Below are positions 40,643 to 50,474 of a stretch of DNA of 64,000 bases, in pieces. The position numbers and the translations under genes are program-made. Position 1 is the stretch's first letter. Each line of letters opens with the position of its first letter. This stretch comes from an uncultured Acidobacteriaceae bacterium (lineage in GTDB: Bacteria > Acidobacteriota > Terriglobia > Bryobacterales > Bryobacteraceae), in contig CAWJFN010000006.1 of NCBI GenBank assembly GCA_963842195.1, forward strand, positions 6,320 through 70,319, in the 5' to 3' direction. The notes beneath the pieces are model-generated. The model searched no databases. It saw only the letters and a list, made by a program, of their open reading frames with translations, and was not told the DNA's origin.

Positions 40643-40998
40643 TGGCGCAAGCAGCGAGACAGGATATTCGCAGGCGCATTCACAAGCGCATTCGGCGCCG
40701 GGTAGAGGGTACTCCCGAGCGTCCGCGGCTGGCGATTTTCCGCAGTGTCAACCATATCTATGCGCAGGTGATTGACGATCAGCAGGGACACACGTTGGTG
40801 GCAGCGGCTTCCACCGAAAAGGATCTGCGCGGTAAAGGCGGCAATGTGGAAGGCGCGAAGACGATAGGCCGCAAGGTGGCCGAGCGCGCCAAAGAGAAGG
40901 GCATCAGCAAGGTCGTTTTCGACCGCGGCGGCTATCAGTATCACGGCCGCGTGAAGGCGCTGGCCGATGCAGCCCGTGAAGCGGGATTGGAGTTTTAA
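40642..40998 (+). CDS. rplR: 50S ribosomal protein L18
   Basis: [20 protein letters not shown]...[28 protein letters not shown]. Confidence 0.97.
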   Translation: MAQAARQDIRRRIHKRIRRRVEGTPERPRLAIFRSVNHIYAQVIDDQQGHTLVAAASTEKDLRGKGGNVEGAKTIGRKVAERAKEKGISKVVFDRGGYQYHGRVKALADAAREAGLEF

Positions 40999-41001
40999 CG
41001 G

Positions 41002-41517
41002 ATGGCATTGAACGGAATAGCCAAGCGTCTCGATACGCAAAACCTGAACCTGAAGGAACAGGTTGTCAGCATCAACCGCGTAACCAAAGTGGTCAAGGGC
41101 GGAAAGAATATGAGCTTTTCGGCGCTCGTTGTGGTGGGCGATCCGGGAGCCAAAGTGGTCGGCTTCGGTACCGGCAAAGCGAAGGAAGTGCCTTCGGCTA
41201 TCAAGAAGGGGATCGAAGCGGCAAAGAAGAATCTGCGCAAGATCAACGTCCTCGAGACGACGATCCGGCATCCTGTACTCGGTCGCTTCGGAAGCGGTCT
41301 GGTGCTGCTGAAACCGGCTCCGGCGGGAACCGGCGTGATTGCAGGCGGGCCGGTACGCGCTGTCATTCAAGCGGTCGGGATCCCGAATGTTTTGACCAAG
41401 TCAATTGGATCGCACAACGCGCATAATGTGGTGAAAGCTACGATTGCGGCGCTCGAGCAGCTATGCGACAAAAACGCCATCGCAGACATGCGCGGGCTCC
41501 CGATCGAGAGGCTGTAA
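41002..41517 (+). CDS. rpsE: 30S ribosomal protein S5
   Basis: [27 protein letters not shown]...[13 protein letters not shown]. Confidence 0.97.
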   Translation: MALNGIAKRLDTQNLNLKEQVVSINRVTKVVKGGKNMSFSALVVVGDPGAKVVGFGTGKAKEVPSAIKKGIEAAKKNLRKINVLETTIRHPVLGRFGSGLVLLKPAPAGTGVIAGGPVRAVIQAVGIPNVLTKSIGSHNAHNVVKATIAALEQLCDKNAIADMRGLPIERL

Positions 41518-41519
41518 AT

Positions 41520-41705
41520 ATGGCCGAGGGAAAGATCAAAATCAAGCTGGTGCGCAGCCCCATCTGCACGCCTCAGACACACAAAAACATCGTGAAGTCG
41601 CTGGGACTGCATAAAATCAATCGTGTAGTGGAGCGCCCCGACACACCGGCATTTCGCGGCATGGTGGCGAAGGTGCCGCACCTGCTCGAGATAGTAAAGG
41701 AATAG
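41520..41705 (+). CDS. rpmD: 50S ribosomal protein L30
   Basis: MAEGKIKIKLVRSPICTPQTHKNIVKSLGLHKINRVVERPDTPAFRGMVAKVPHLLEIV. Start trimmed from the ORF-track 41463, which overlaps rpsE. Confidence 0.95.
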   Translation: MAEGKIKIKLVRSPICTPQTHKNIVKSLGLHKINRVVERPDTPAFRGMVAKVPHLLEIVKE

Positions 41706-41727
41706 CCGGTTCGAAACGGTACTCGAC

Positions 41728-42201
41728 ATGAATTTAAGCAACTTGCGGCCTCCCAAAGGCCAGAAGCACAAAAAACAACGTATCGGTCAGGGTATGGGAA
41801 CGGGCCGTGGCAAGTACTCGGGCCGCGGCGCCAAGGGCGCGAAATCAATCTCGGGCTACAGCAAAATGCGCGGATTCGAGGGCGGACAAATGCCGCTGCA
41901 CCGCCGTTTGCCGAAGCGCGGGTTCACCAACATTTTCCATAAGGAATATGCGATCGTAAACGTGGCAACTCTGGACCAACTCGATGGCGATATGTTTACT
42001 CCGGAATCGCTACTCGAGAGCGGAGCTGTTAAGAAACTGCAGGCGGGACTGAAAATTTTGGGCAACGGTGAGCTGACCAGGAAACTGATCGTCAAGGCTC
42101 ATGTATTCTCGAAATCTGCGGTGGAAAAGATCGAAAAGGCCGGCGGGAGCGTCGAGGTTATCGCCAAGGCGGCTGCTCCGGCCAAGCAGGCAAAGCAGTA
42201 G
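41728..42201 (+). CDS. rplO: 50S ribosomal protein L15
   Basis: LSNLRPPKG...RIGQGMGTGRGKYSGRGAKG...FEGGQMPLHRRLPKRGF. Confidence 0.96.
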   Translation: MNLSNLRPPKGQKHKKQRIGQGMGTGRGKYSGRGAKGAKSISGYSKMRGFEGGQMPLHRRLPKRGFTNIFHKEYAIVNVATLDQLDGDMFTPESLLESGAVKKLQAGLKILGNGELTRKLIVKAHVFSKSAVEKIEKAGGSVEVIAKAAAPAKQAKQ

Positions 42202-42235
42202 CACGGCCGTTTGATGAGCGGGCCCATTCACGCAC

Positions 42236-43642
42236 ATGACTAAGTTTTTAGAAGCTCTCGCCAACGTATTCCGGATTCCGGACCTGAGGAAACGCGTGCT
42301 CTTCACGTTGGGCTTGCTTGCGGTCTACCGGATCGGCGCGTTCATTCCGACTCCTGGTATCGACACGATCCGGTTCCAGGACTTCTTCAGCCGGACGGCG
42401 CAGGGCGGATTCCTCGGCTACCTTGACGTCTTCAGCGGCGGCATGCTACGCCGCATGACCATCTTCGCGCTCGGCATCACCCCGTATATTACGGCGTCCA
42501 TCATTCTCCAGTTATTGACCGTCGTCATTCCGACGCTTGACAAGCTGCAGAAAGAAGGCGAACTGGGTCGGCGCAAAATCACCCAGTGGACGCGTTACCT
42601 GACGGTCGTTTTGGCTGTGGTCCAGTCGATCGGTATCGCCGTAGCGCTGCAGAGTTCGGACGGCAACTTTGTCCTAAACCCAGGCATCAACTTCATTCTG
42701 CTGACCATGCTGACCTTTACCGCGGGCAGTGCTTTCATCATGTGGCTCGGTGAGCAGATCACTGATCGCGGAATCGGTAACGGCATGTCGCTCATCATCT
42801 TTGTCGGCATCATTGTCGGACTGCCGCGCGCGATCATGAGCATCTACGAGAACACGTTCGTCACTCACCAGTGGAACACGCTGCAGCTCATGATCATCCT
42901 GGCGGTGATGATCGCTGTGGTCGCCTTCATCGTACTGGTCGAGCGCGGCGAGCGCCGCATCCCGGTTCAATATGCGAAACGCGTGATCGGGCGCAGAATG
43001 ATGGGCGGCCAATCCACCCACCTGCCGCTGAAAGTGAATGCCGGTGGCGTCATTCCCATCATTTTTGCTTCTTCGCTGTTAGCGTTACCGCAAACGGCAT
43101 TACAGTTCCCAGTCGTCAAGAACAGTCCCTGGATGAGTCGGATGCTCGGGTCGCTCGGTGGCGCCGAGCCGCTGTATTACCTGGTGTATGTCGTCCTGAT
43201 CGTGTTCTTCTGCTTCTTCTACGTTTCCATCATCTTCAATCCGAACGAAGCGGCCGACAACATGCGGAAGTATGGCGGATTCATTCCGGGCATCCGTCCC
43301 GGCAAGAACACTGCCGAGTACATGGACAAGATCCTGTCCAAGATCACCGTGGTAGGCGGGCTGTACCTGTCAATTCTGTCGCTGATTCCAATGATTATGA
43401 TCTCCGGCATCCGGCTGCAGCGGCTACCGGTCGTGGGGAACTTCATCGACGCGCATTTTCCGCGCTGGCTGCTGGACGGGCTCGGCGTGCAGTTTTATTT
43501 CGGCGGCACCTCGCTGCTCATCGTGGTGGGTGTCGCGATGGACACGGTAAATCAGATCGAGGCGCAGTTGATTATGCGCCATTATGAGGGCTTCACTCCA
43601 CGCGCAGGCCGCATTCGCGGACGCCGTAGCAGCACAAGCTAA
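42236..43642 (+). CDS. secY: preprotein translocase subunit SecY
   Basis: 10-TM protein with RKRVLFTLGLLAVYRIGAFIPTPGID, GITPYITASII and GGFIPGIRPG motifs. Confidence 0.97.
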   Translation: MTKFLEALANVFRIPDLRKRVLFTLGLLAVYRIGAFIPTPGIDTIRFQDFFSRTAQGGFLGYLDVFSGGMLRRMTIFALGITPYITASIILQLLTVVIPTLDKLQKEGELGRRKITQWTRYLTVVLAVVQSIGIAVALQSSDGNFVLNPGINFILLTMLTFTAGSAFIMWLGEQITDRGIGNGMSLIIFVGIIVGLPRAIMSIYENTFVTHQWNTLQLMIILAVMIAVVAFIVLVERGERRIPVQYAKRVIGRRMMGGQSTHLPLKVNAGGVIPIIFASSLLALPQTALQFPVVKNSPWMSRMLGSLGGAEPLYYLVYVVLIVFFCFFYVSIIFNPNEAADNMRKYGGFIPGIRPGKNTAEYMDKILSKITVVGGLYLSILSLIPMIMISGIRLQRLPVVGNFIDAHFPRWLLDGLGVQFYFGGTSLLIVVGVAMDTVNQIEAQLIMRHYEGFTPRAGRIRGRRSSTS

Positions 43643-43645
43643 CGT

Positions 43646-44368
43646 TTGAGGGAAGCGACGAACTCGGCCACGGCGCCGGCAATCATACTATTCGGATCTC
43701 CTGGGTCGGGGAAGGGAACGCAGGCGCAACTCCTCCAGGAGCACTTCAGCTGGCCGCACGTCTCCACCGGCGATATGTTGCGCTCCCATATCACAGCAGG
43801 CGACACGATCGGCCGCAATATTCAGGACCTGATGAAAGCCGGTAAGCTGGTTTCCGATGAACTGGTGAACGACATGGTCCGGCAGCGTTTGGCGCGGCCC
43901 GATTGTGAAGCCGGAGTGCTGCTCGACGGTTATCCGCGCACGGTGGGGCAGGCCGGTGTTTTGATGGCGATTACGGAAGAGTACCAGTTTCGGCCCGCCG
44001 TGGTACACTTATTGGTTGACCACGGTCGAATTGTAGCCCGCCTGAGTGGCCGTCGGCAGTGTCCCGTTTGCGGAACCCTCTACAGTATAAAAACCCATCC
44101 GCCTAAAGTGCCGGGGATCTGCGACCTGGACGGAGCGGTGCTGGTGACGCGTGAGGATGACAAAGAATCGGTGATTCGCGAGAGACTGAATCAGTACGAT
44201 TTACAGACCCGTCCCTTACTGGATTATTTCCGTCAGGCTGGCTTGCCGATGATCGAAACGCAGGGAGCGAGCAAGCAGCCGGAACAGATTGAGCGCTCGA
44301 TATGCGAGGCGTTGACCGCGGCCGGATTGATCCCGGCCCAATCCGCCGCCGCCGAGAACCTGAAGTGA
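43646..44368 (+). CDS. adk: adenylate kinase (Cys3-Asp zinc-type lid)
   Basis: P-loop GSPGSGKGTQAQ, LLDGYPRT, lid CPVCGTLY...CDLDG. TTG start as in the ORF track. Confidence 0.93.
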   Translation: MREATNSATAPAIILFGSPGSGKGTQAQLLQEHFSWPHVSTGDMLRSHITAGDTIGRNIQDLMKAGKLVSDELVNDMVRQRLARPDCEAGVLLDGYPRTVGQAGVLMAITEEYQFRPAVVHLLVDHGRIVARLSGRRQCPVCGTLYSIKTHPPKVPGICDLDGAVLVTREDDKESVIRERLNQYDLQTRPLLDYFRQAGLPMIETQGASKQPEQIERSICEALTAAGLIPAQSAAAENLK

Positions 44369-45135
44369 TTGTGCGTAGAAGCGCAGCTGAGCTCGAAAAG
44401 CTGAGACGCAGCGGGTTGCTGGTCTATGAGATCTTGCAAACCCTGAAGGACATGGTCCGCGAGGGCGTGACCACTCAGGAACTCGAAGCCACTGCCGAGA
44501 AGATGATCCGGGATGCCGGCGCGAAGCCGGCGTTCAAGGGTTATTACACGCAGGCATCGGGTACGAAGTATCCGTTTGTGCTGTGTACCTCAGTGAACGA
44601 GGAGGTTGTGCACGGGATGCCGTCGGTAAGGCGCAAGTTGAGGGCAGGCGATATCGTTTCCATCGACACTGGTGTCCTGCTCGACGGCTACTACGGCGAT
44701 TCGGCTGTCACCGTGGCGGTTGGCGAAGTGAACGATTCGGTGAAGCGGCTGCTGAAGATCACGGAAGAGAGCCTGGAACTGGCAATCGATCGGGTTCGGG
44801 CCGGCAATCGGCTTTTCGATATCTGCGGAACGGTTGAAAAGCACGTGGTTTCGAACGGATTCTCGATTGTCCGTGATTTTGTTGGGCACGGAATCGGCAC
44901 CTCGCTCCACGAAGAGCCGCAAATTCCGAATTATGTGGACCGGCGGGGCGAAAATCCGCGTCTGAAGCCGGGAATGGTTCTGGCGATTGAACCGATGGTG
45001 AATGCCGGGAAGCCGGACACCAAAGTTCTGTCGGATAAATGGACTGCGGTGGCAAAGGACGGCTCCTATTCGGCCCATTTCGAGCACATGGTCGCCGTGA
45101 CGGAGAATGGCCCATGGGTGTTGTCACGGCCATGA
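44365..45135 (+). CDS. map: type I methionine aminopeptidase
   Basis: VHGMPS, DIVSIDTG, GHGIG, LAIEPM and FEHMV motifs. Start set at the GTG overlapping the adk stop (GTGA) instead of the longer ORF-track start at 44302. Confidence 0.93.
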   Translation: MIVRRSAAELEKLRRSGLLVYEILQTLKDMVREGVTTQELEATAEKMIRDAGAKPAFKGYYTQASGTKYPFVLCTSVNEEVVHGMPSVRRKLRAGDIVSIDTGVLLDGYYGDSAVTVAVGEVNDSVKRLLKITEESLELAIDRVRAGNRLFDICGTVEKHVVSNGFSIVRDFVGHGIGTSLHEEPQIPNYVDRRGENPRLKPGMVLAIEPMVNAGKPDTKVLSDKWTAVAKDGSYSAHFEHMVAVTENGPWVLSRP

Positions 45136-45371
45136 CGGCAGCCGCGGAAGCGAGTGAACGGACCAGCGAAGCCATTGTGGTCGAGCTGCTGCCGAGCGCG
45201 CTCGTTCGTGTCAGACTGGAAGGTGAGCACGAGTTGATTGCTCATCTCCCCAGCAGCCAGCGCGCGAATTTTGTGCGCTTACGGGTCGGCGATCGGGTGC
45301 GCGTGGCGCTTTCGGTTCAGGATCGGACTCGAGGACGAGTGTTGGAAGTATTGACGAAGGGATTACCGTGA
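45132..45371 (+). CDS. infA: translation initiation factor IF-1 (unusually divergent S1-fold protein at the infA position)
   Basis: ATG overlaps the map stop (ATGA). AIVVELLPSALVRVRLEGEHELIAHLPSSQRANFVRLRVGDRVRVALSVQDRTRGRVLEV aligns with the IF-1 OB fold and sits at the canonical position between map and rpmJ. Confidence 0.75.
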   Translation: MTAAAEASERTSEAIVVELLPSALVRVRLEGEHELIAHLPSSQRANFVRLRVGDRVRVALSVQDRTRGRVLEVLTKGLP

Positions 45372-45412
45372 TGGCTGCTGCGAAACTGGGCGGCCTTGGG
45401 CAAGAGTGATTT

Positions 45413-45526
45413 ATGAAGGTAAGGGCATCCGTAAAGAAGCTTTGTGACAAGTGCAAGGTGATTCATCGCCACGGCGTGGTGCGGGTCATCTGCACCAACC
45501 CCAAGCATAAGCAGCGGCAAGGATAG
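45413..45526 (+). CDS. rpmJ: 50S ribosomal protein L36 (zinc-binding form)
   Basis: Not in the ORF track (37 aa). Hand translation gives [37 protein letters not shown]. Confidence 0.95.
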   Translation: MKVRASVKKLCDKCKVIHRHGVVRVICTNPKHKQRQG

Positions 45527-45533
45527 GAGTTTT

Positions 45534-45920
45534 ATGGCGCGTATTGCAGGTGTTGATTTACCAGCTAGAAAGCGGGCAGCCATCGGGCTGACCTACATCT
45601 ACGGCATCGGTCGGACCCGTGCCTTGTCTCTACTGCACCGGGCGCAGGTAGACCCGGAAAAGAAGGTCAGCGATCTTTCCGAAGAGGAAGTGAACCATCT
45701 CCGCAACCTGATCGAGGGCGAGGGTGCCATCGAAGGAGACTTGCGCAAGGAAGTCTCAATGAACGTTAAGCGCCTGATGGAGATGGGTTCGTATCGCGGA
45801 CTGCGGCATCGCCGCGGTTTGCCGACACGGGGCCAGCGTACCCACACCAATGCACGTACCCGCAAAGGACCGCGTAAGGGGACCGTCGCCAACAAGAAGA
45901 AGGCGACCGGAAAGACATAA
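45534..45920 (+). CDS. rpsM: 30S ribosomal protein S13
   Basis: [10 protein letters not shown]...LTYIYGIG...[28 protein letters not shown]. Confidence 0.97.
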   Translation: MARIAGVDLPARKRAAIGLTYIYGIGRTRALSLLHRAQVDPEKKVSDLSEEEVNHLRNLIEGEGAIEGDLRKEVSMNVKRLMEMGSYRGLRHRRGLPTRGQRTHTNARTRKGPRKGTVANKKKATGKT

Positions 45921-45937
45921 GCGAGAAGGCATTCAGA

Positions 45938-46345
45938 ATGGCGAAGGCACCGGCAAAGACAGCTAAGAAAAAATCCTTCAAGAAGAAGGAGAAAAAGAAC
46001 GTTCCTTACGGGACGGTACACATCCAGGCATCGTTCAATAACACGATCGTCACGTTTACGGATCCGCTGGGCAATGTTCTCGCATGGTCGAGTTCAGGCT
46101 CGCTAGGCTTCCGCGGTTCGCGAAAAGGTACGCCCTTCGCCGCGCAGCAGGCGTCGTTGACTGCGGCTAACAAGGCGAAAGATTCCGGTGTGCGCACAGT
46201 TGAGGTTCGGGTTGCAGGACCGGGTTCGGGCCGCGAATCGGCCGTCCGTGCTCTCGCGACCGCAGGCATCGAAGTCCGGTCGATTAAGGACGTCACCCCG
46301 ATCCCGCACAATGGCTGCCGGCCGCCGAAAAAACGCCGCGTATAG
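45938..46345 (+). CDS. rpsK: 30S ribosomal protein S11
   Basis: [46 protein letters not shown]...[12 protein letters not shown]. Confidence 0.97.
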   Translation: MAKAPAKTAKKKSFKKKEKKNVPYGTVHIQASFNNTIVTFTDPLGNVLAWSSSGSLGFRGSRKGTPFAAQQASLTAANKAKDSGVRTVEVRVAGPGSGRESAVRALATAGIEVRSIKDVTPIPHNGCRPPKKRRV

Positions 46346-46384
46346 ATTTATTTGCCGCTTGCTGGCGCGTTCGGGTTCCAAACA

Positions 46385-46592
46385 GAGCCGCGACCGCCAG
46401 GGAGCGGTTTAGTTGATTCCGAGCCGGAAGCGTAAGCGACCGGTTAATCAAATCTGAGCCGGAAGCGTAAGCGACCGGTTAATTAAATCCGAGCCGCAAC
46501 CGTGAGGGAGCGGTTTTCCAAAGCGGGACGAACGCCTTGCCAGGCCGTAAACCGCACCTGATAATCCGAGCCGGGAGCGTCAGCGACCGGTC
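46385..46592 (+). repeat. array of five 25-nt hairpin repeats (GAGCCGGAAGCGTAAGCGACCGGTT family) in the rpsK-rpsD spacer
   Basis: Copies at 46385-46409, 46421-46445, 46456-46480, 46491-46515 (35-36 nt period) and 46568-46592. The stem and inner pair covary between copies, and the loops are G-N-N-A tetraloops. Confidence 0.8.
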
Positions 46593-46614
46593 GCAATGTT
46601 GGAGGTCATCGAAA

Positions 46615-47247
46615 TTGGCACGTTATAGTGGCCCGGTCTGCCGGCTTTGCCGGCGCGAAGGCATGAAGCTGTTCCTCAAAGGGGAGCGCTGCCACAGTGA
46701 GAAGTGCGCTATTGAAAAGCGCAACTTTGCTCCTGGCCAGCACGGAAAAGACAAGAAGGCCAAGATAGTCGGATACGGCCTGCAGCTGCGCGAAAAACAA
46801 AAGGCGCGACGTTACTATCGCGTTCTGGAAGGACAATTCCGGAACCTTTACGAAAAGGCCGTGAATCAAAAAGGTATTACGGGCGAGTTGATGCTCGCCA
46901 TGTTGGAGAAACGGCTGGATAATGTCGTTTACCGCATGGGGATCGCCACCAGCCGCGCACAGGCTCGCCAAGTGGTCCGCCACGGCCATATCAGGGTCAA
47001 CGGACACAAGGTGAACATTCCTTCTTACATGGTGAAGACCGGCGACAATGTAGAAGTTCGCGAAAAAAGCCGGAACAATCCGTTCATTTTGTCTGCTCGC
47101 GACGCTACGGCCCATACCCCCAGCCCCTCATGGCTGGAAGTGGACCGCGAGGCGCTGCGTGCCCGTGTTTTGCAGCAACCCAAGCGCGAAGAGTTGGTGC
47201 AGATCCAGTTGAACGAACAGCTCATCGTCGAGCTGTACTCGAAGTAA
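46615..47247 (+). CDS. rpsD: 30S ribosomal protein S4
   Basis: (M)[25 protein letters not shown]... TTG start at 46615 sits 9 nt after a GGAGG RBS. The ORF-track start at 46537 would read through hairpin repeat 5. Confidence 0.93.
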   Translation: MARYSGPVCRLCRREGMKLFLKGERCHSEKCAIEKRNFAPGQHGKDKKAKIVGYGLQLREKQKARRYYRVLEGQFRNLYEKAVNQKGITGELMLAMLEKRLDNVVYRMGIATSRAQARQVVRHGHIRVNGHKVNIPSYMVKTGDNVEVREKSRNNPFILSARDATAHTPSPSWLEVDREALRARVLQQPKREELVQIQLNEQLIVELYSK

Positions 47248-47276
47248 TTCGAAAATCGACGAGGAGGATTAAGCCA

Positions 47277-47301
47277 GAGCCGGAAGCGTCAGCGACCGGT
47301 T
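47277..47301 (+). repeat. sixth copy of the 25-nt hairpin repeat, in the rpsD-rpoA spacer
   Basis: gagccggaagcgtcagcgaccggtt, 18 nt upstream of the rpoA ATG. Confidence 0.75.
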
Positions 47302-47318
47302 CTCCATTTGGAGAAACT

Positions 47319-48350
47319 ATGTTCAAAGGATTTCAGAAACCCAAGCGTCTGGTTGCGAATACGGAAACGCTCACCGAGCGCTATGGTCAATTCACGGCGC
47401 AGCCGTTCGAGCGCGGATTTGGACCGACCATCGGCACCGGATTGCGCCGTGTACTGCTGAGCTCAATCGAGGGTGCTGCTATTACCGGCGTGCGCATCGA
47501 AGGCGTCTCGCACGAATTCAGCCCCATTCCCGGCGTTGTCGAAGACGCCACCGACATCATCCTGAACCTCAAGCAGGTGCCATTCAAGATGATGGGCGAA
47601 GGCACGCGCATCGCACGCATCAACATCGACGCGCCCGGCGAGGTGATGAGCAGCAACATCGAAACCGATGCGGACGTTGAAGTGCTCGACCGCAATCTGC
47701 ATATCGCCACCGTGGGCGAGGGCGGCAAGTTGAGCATCGAAATGCGTATCAAGACGGGCCGCGGCTATGTGTCCGCCGATCGCAACTACGATGAGGATCT
47801 GCCCCTCGGCTATATCCCCATCGACTCAGTCCATTCTCCCGTTCGGAAAGTCAACTATACGGTGGAAGCAGCCCGCCTCGGCCAGAACACCGACTACGAC
47901 AAGCTCCTCGTAGAAGTGTGGACAAATGGCGCAATTTCGCCACAGGATTCGATCGGGCAGGCTGCGAAGCTGCTCAAAGATCACATGACCATCTTCATCA
48001 ACTTCGAAGAGACACCGGAAATCTTTGAGGAACCGACCGAGCGCGCGGCAAACCAAATGAACGAGGTGCTGAATCGTTCTGTTGAAGAACTCGAGCTCAG
48101 TGTCCGTTCTTACAACTGCCTGAAGAATGCCAACATCCAGACCATCGGCGATCTGGTTCAGAAGAGCGAATCCGAAATGCTTCGGACGAAGAACTTCGGA
48201 CGTAAGTCGCTGAACGAAATCAAAGAGATCCTTTCCGGCCTCGGCCTCTCCTTCGGTATGAAGTTCGACACTCAGGGCAGGCTGGTCGGAGGCGCGCCTT
48301 CAGCCCCTGCATCTGATTACGGTCAGGACCAATACGGAGCAGAGGAGTAG
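47319..48350 (+). CDS. rpoA: DNA-directed RNA polymerase subunit alpha
   Basis: [11 protein letters not shown]...[35 protein letters not shown]...; C-terminal domain [24 protein letters not shown]. Start trimmed from the ORF-track 47130, which overlaps rpsD. Confidence 0.96.
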   Translation: MFKGFQKPKRLVANTETLTERYGQFTAQPFERGFGPTIGTGLRRVLLSSIEGAAITGVRIEGVSHEFSPIPGVVEDATDIILNLKQVPFKMMGEGTRIARINIDAPGEVMSSNIETDADVEVLDRNLHIATVGEGGKLSIEMRIKTGRGYVSADRNYDEDLPLGYIPIDSVHSPVRKVNYTVEAARLGQNTDYDKLLVEVWTNGAISPQDSIGQAAKLLKDHMTIFINFEETPEIFEEPTERAANQMNEVLNRSVEELELSVRSYNCLKNANIQTIGDLVQKSESEMLRTKNFGRKSLNEIKEILSGLGLSFGMKFDTQGRLVGGAPSAPASDYGQDQYGAEE

Positions 48351-48353
48351 ATA

Positions 48354-48803
48354 ATGCGGCACCGCAAGGCCGGAGTTAAACTCAAACGCGACATTAGTGC
48401 GCGTCGTGCCCTTTTGCGCGGTCTGGTTACTAACGTCATTGAAGAAGAGCGCATCACGACCACAGTTCCCAAGGCGAAGGCCGCCCGTCCTTTGGTCGAG
48501 AAGATGATCACTCTGGCAAAAGAAGACAACCTGAGCGCCCGGCGTCAGGCCGCTGCCTTCCTGATGAACAAGGAAGCTGTCGAAAAACTGTTCGACAAAA
48601 TTGGACCTCGCTTCAATCAACGCAGCGGCGGTTATACCCGCATCATCAAACTCGGCTGGCGTAAGGGAGACGGCGCCGAAACGGCCAAGCTCGAACTGGT
48701 CGGCTCCGAGCTGGTCAAGCGAGCCGCCGAACGCGCCGCACGCCGTGAGGAGCGCTTGAAGCAGATCCGCACAGGCGAAGAAGGCGGCGAAGAGAGCAAA
48801 TAA
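48354..48803 (+). CDS. rplQ: 50S ribosomal protein L17
   Basis: [25 protein letters not shown]...[17 protein letters not shown]. Confidence 0.96.
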   Translation: MRHRKAGVKLKRDISARRALLRGLVTNVIEEERITTTVPKAKAARPLVEKMITLAKEDNLSARRQAAAFLMNKEAVEKLFDKIGPRFNQRSGGYTRIIKLGWRKGDGAETAKLELVGSELVKRAAERAARREERLKQIRTGEEGGEESK

Positions 48804-48828
48804 GCTCGTTCAATCGAATATCAGTCCA

Positions 48829-48858
48829 GGCCCGGAGCGATAGCGTTCCGGGCCTTTT
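48829..48858 (+). terminator. rho-independent terminator closing the alpha operon
   Basis: Perfect 8-bp stem GGCCCGGA (48829-36) / TCCGGGCC (48847-54), a 10-nt loop, then TTTT (48855-58). Confidence 0.75.
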
Positions 48859-48872
48859 GCTATCTACTAAGT

Positions 48873-50384
48873 ATGATCGGCAGAATCACCTCGCGCCTCA
48901 ACATCATATTGTGCGCTGTCTTACTCGGAGCTGTATTCTCCCCTATCTCTGCTCAACAGCACCCCGCGGAAGAAACCATCAGCATCAACGTGAATGGCGA
49001 ATGGCACCCGTTCCCGCACTTCTGGGAGCAGATGTTCGGGTCGGGCCGCGCGGTGCTCAGCCTGCGCGACGATTACCGGCGCGATCTGAAGCAGGTAAAA
49101 CAGGCGACCGGCTTCGAGTACGTGCGCTTTCACGCCATTCTTGACGATGAGAACGGAGTCTACGATGAGGATAAAGAGGGTCGGCCAGCCTATAACTTTT
49201 CGTATGTCGACCAGATCTATGACGGCTTGCTCGAAAACGGCGTGAAGCCGTTCGTAGAGCTGAGCTTCATGCCGAAAAAGCTGGCCGCGAATCCCGCACC
49301 GCACCCGTTCTGGTATAAGCCGCTGCCCTCGCCTCCAAACGATCCGGCCAAGTGGGCGGCGTTGATCGAAGCCTTCACCACGCACTTAGAAGACCGGTAC
49401 GGCAAAGCCGAGGTTCAAAGCTGGTACTTCGAAGTTTGGAATGAACCGAATATCGATTTCTGGGATGGCGACCCGAAGCAATCAACTTACTTTACTCTGT
49501 ACGATGAAACAGCAAAAGCGATCAAGAAAGTAGATTCGAAGTTACGTGTGGGAGGCCCTGCTACCGCACAGGCCGCGTGGGTTGACGACTTTATCAAACA
49601 TTGCTTACAAAATCACGTGCCGTTTGACTTTGTTTCGTCGCATATATACGGAAATGAAGACCCGGTGTTGGTGTTCGGTAAGAAGTTGCCGATTGCGCGG
49701 CGTGACATGGTTGGCGCATCGGCGAAGAAAGTCTACGATCAGGTTAAGGCTTCCGGCGCGCCAAACACTCCTATCATCTGGTCTGAATACAACGCTACCT
49801 ATCTCAATCAGAAGGAAGTTACCGACAGCGCATTTATCGGGCCCTGGCTAGCGAATAACATTCGTGAATGCGACGGTCTCACCAGCATGATGTCCTACTG
49901 GACCTTTTCCGATGTATTCGAAGAACAAGGAGTTGTTAAAACACCCTTCTACGGCGGTTACGGATTGATCGCAGAACGCGGCTTGCCCAAAGCTGCGCTG
50001 CACGCATTCGAACTTCTGCACCGCTTGGGCGCCCAACGATTAGTAATCGACTCCGAAAACGCGCTGGTTACAAAGAGATCGGACGGCACAATCAGCATTG
50101 CGCTCTGGAATTATGCCGAGCCAGGAGAAAAACCTGGCCAGAAGACATTCCATCTGGCGATTTCGGACGGCAGGTTCGGTCGATTACGGGTGCAGTATGT
50201 CGATCCCGCCCACGGCTCGGGTCTCAATGCTTGGCAGGCCATGGGCGCGCCGGTCAGCCCCAGCCTTGCTCAGATTCAGGAGATCCGGCGCCGTGCGCAG
50301 ATGGATCAGCCTTCCGAAAAGAGCATGAAGGATCCAATCGTGCTCGCGCCTGAAGCGCTCGCTCTAGTGGAGTTAATACAGTAA
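48873..50384 (+). CDS. secreted glycoside hydrolase family 39 (beta-xylosidase-like)
   Basis: Signal peptide. GH39-type motifs FEYVRFHAILDD, VELSFMP and WYFEVWNEPNI (acid/base Glu context). Confidence 0.75.
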   Translation: MIGRITSRLNIILCAVLLGAVFSPISAQQHPAEETISINVNGEWHPFPHFWEQMFGSGRAVLSLRDDYRRDLKQVKQATGFEYVRFHAILDDENGVYDEDKEGRPAYNFSYVDQIYDGLLENGVKPFVELSFMPKKLAANPAPHPFWYKPLPSPPNDPAKWAALIEAFTTHLEDRYGKAEVQSWYFEVWNEPNIDFWDGDPKQSTYFTLYDETAKAIKKVDSKLRVGGPATAQAAWVDDFIKHCLQNHVPFDFVSSHIYGNEDPVLVFGKKLPIARRDMVGASAKKVYDQVKASGAPNTPIIWSEYNATYLNQKEVTDSAFIGPWLANNIRECDGLTSMMSYWTFSDVFEEQGVVKTPFYGGYGLIAERGLPKAALHAFELLHRLGAQRLVIDSENALVTKRSDGTISIALWNYAEPGEKPGQKTFHLAISDGRFGRLRVQYVDPAHGSGLNAWQAMGAPVSPSLAQIQEIRRRAQMDQPSEKSMKDPIVLAPEALALVELIQ

Positions 50385-50474
50385 CAGTCGCGGCTCAGAA
50401 ACATGCTCTCCTGTTGGCAAGAGGTTACGGAGCCGCGCCCGAAGGAAGCGGTTTCGGGAATTCACCCGGCGAGT

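Noticed and set aside
46385-46592. Regularly spaced 25-nt repeats, considered as a possible CRISPR array.
   Set aside because: The inter-repeat gaps are only ~10-11 nt with one 52-nt gap, and the repeats themselves vary with compensatory changes. There are no cas genes, and the array sits inside the alpha operon. It is better explained as RNA hairpin repeats.
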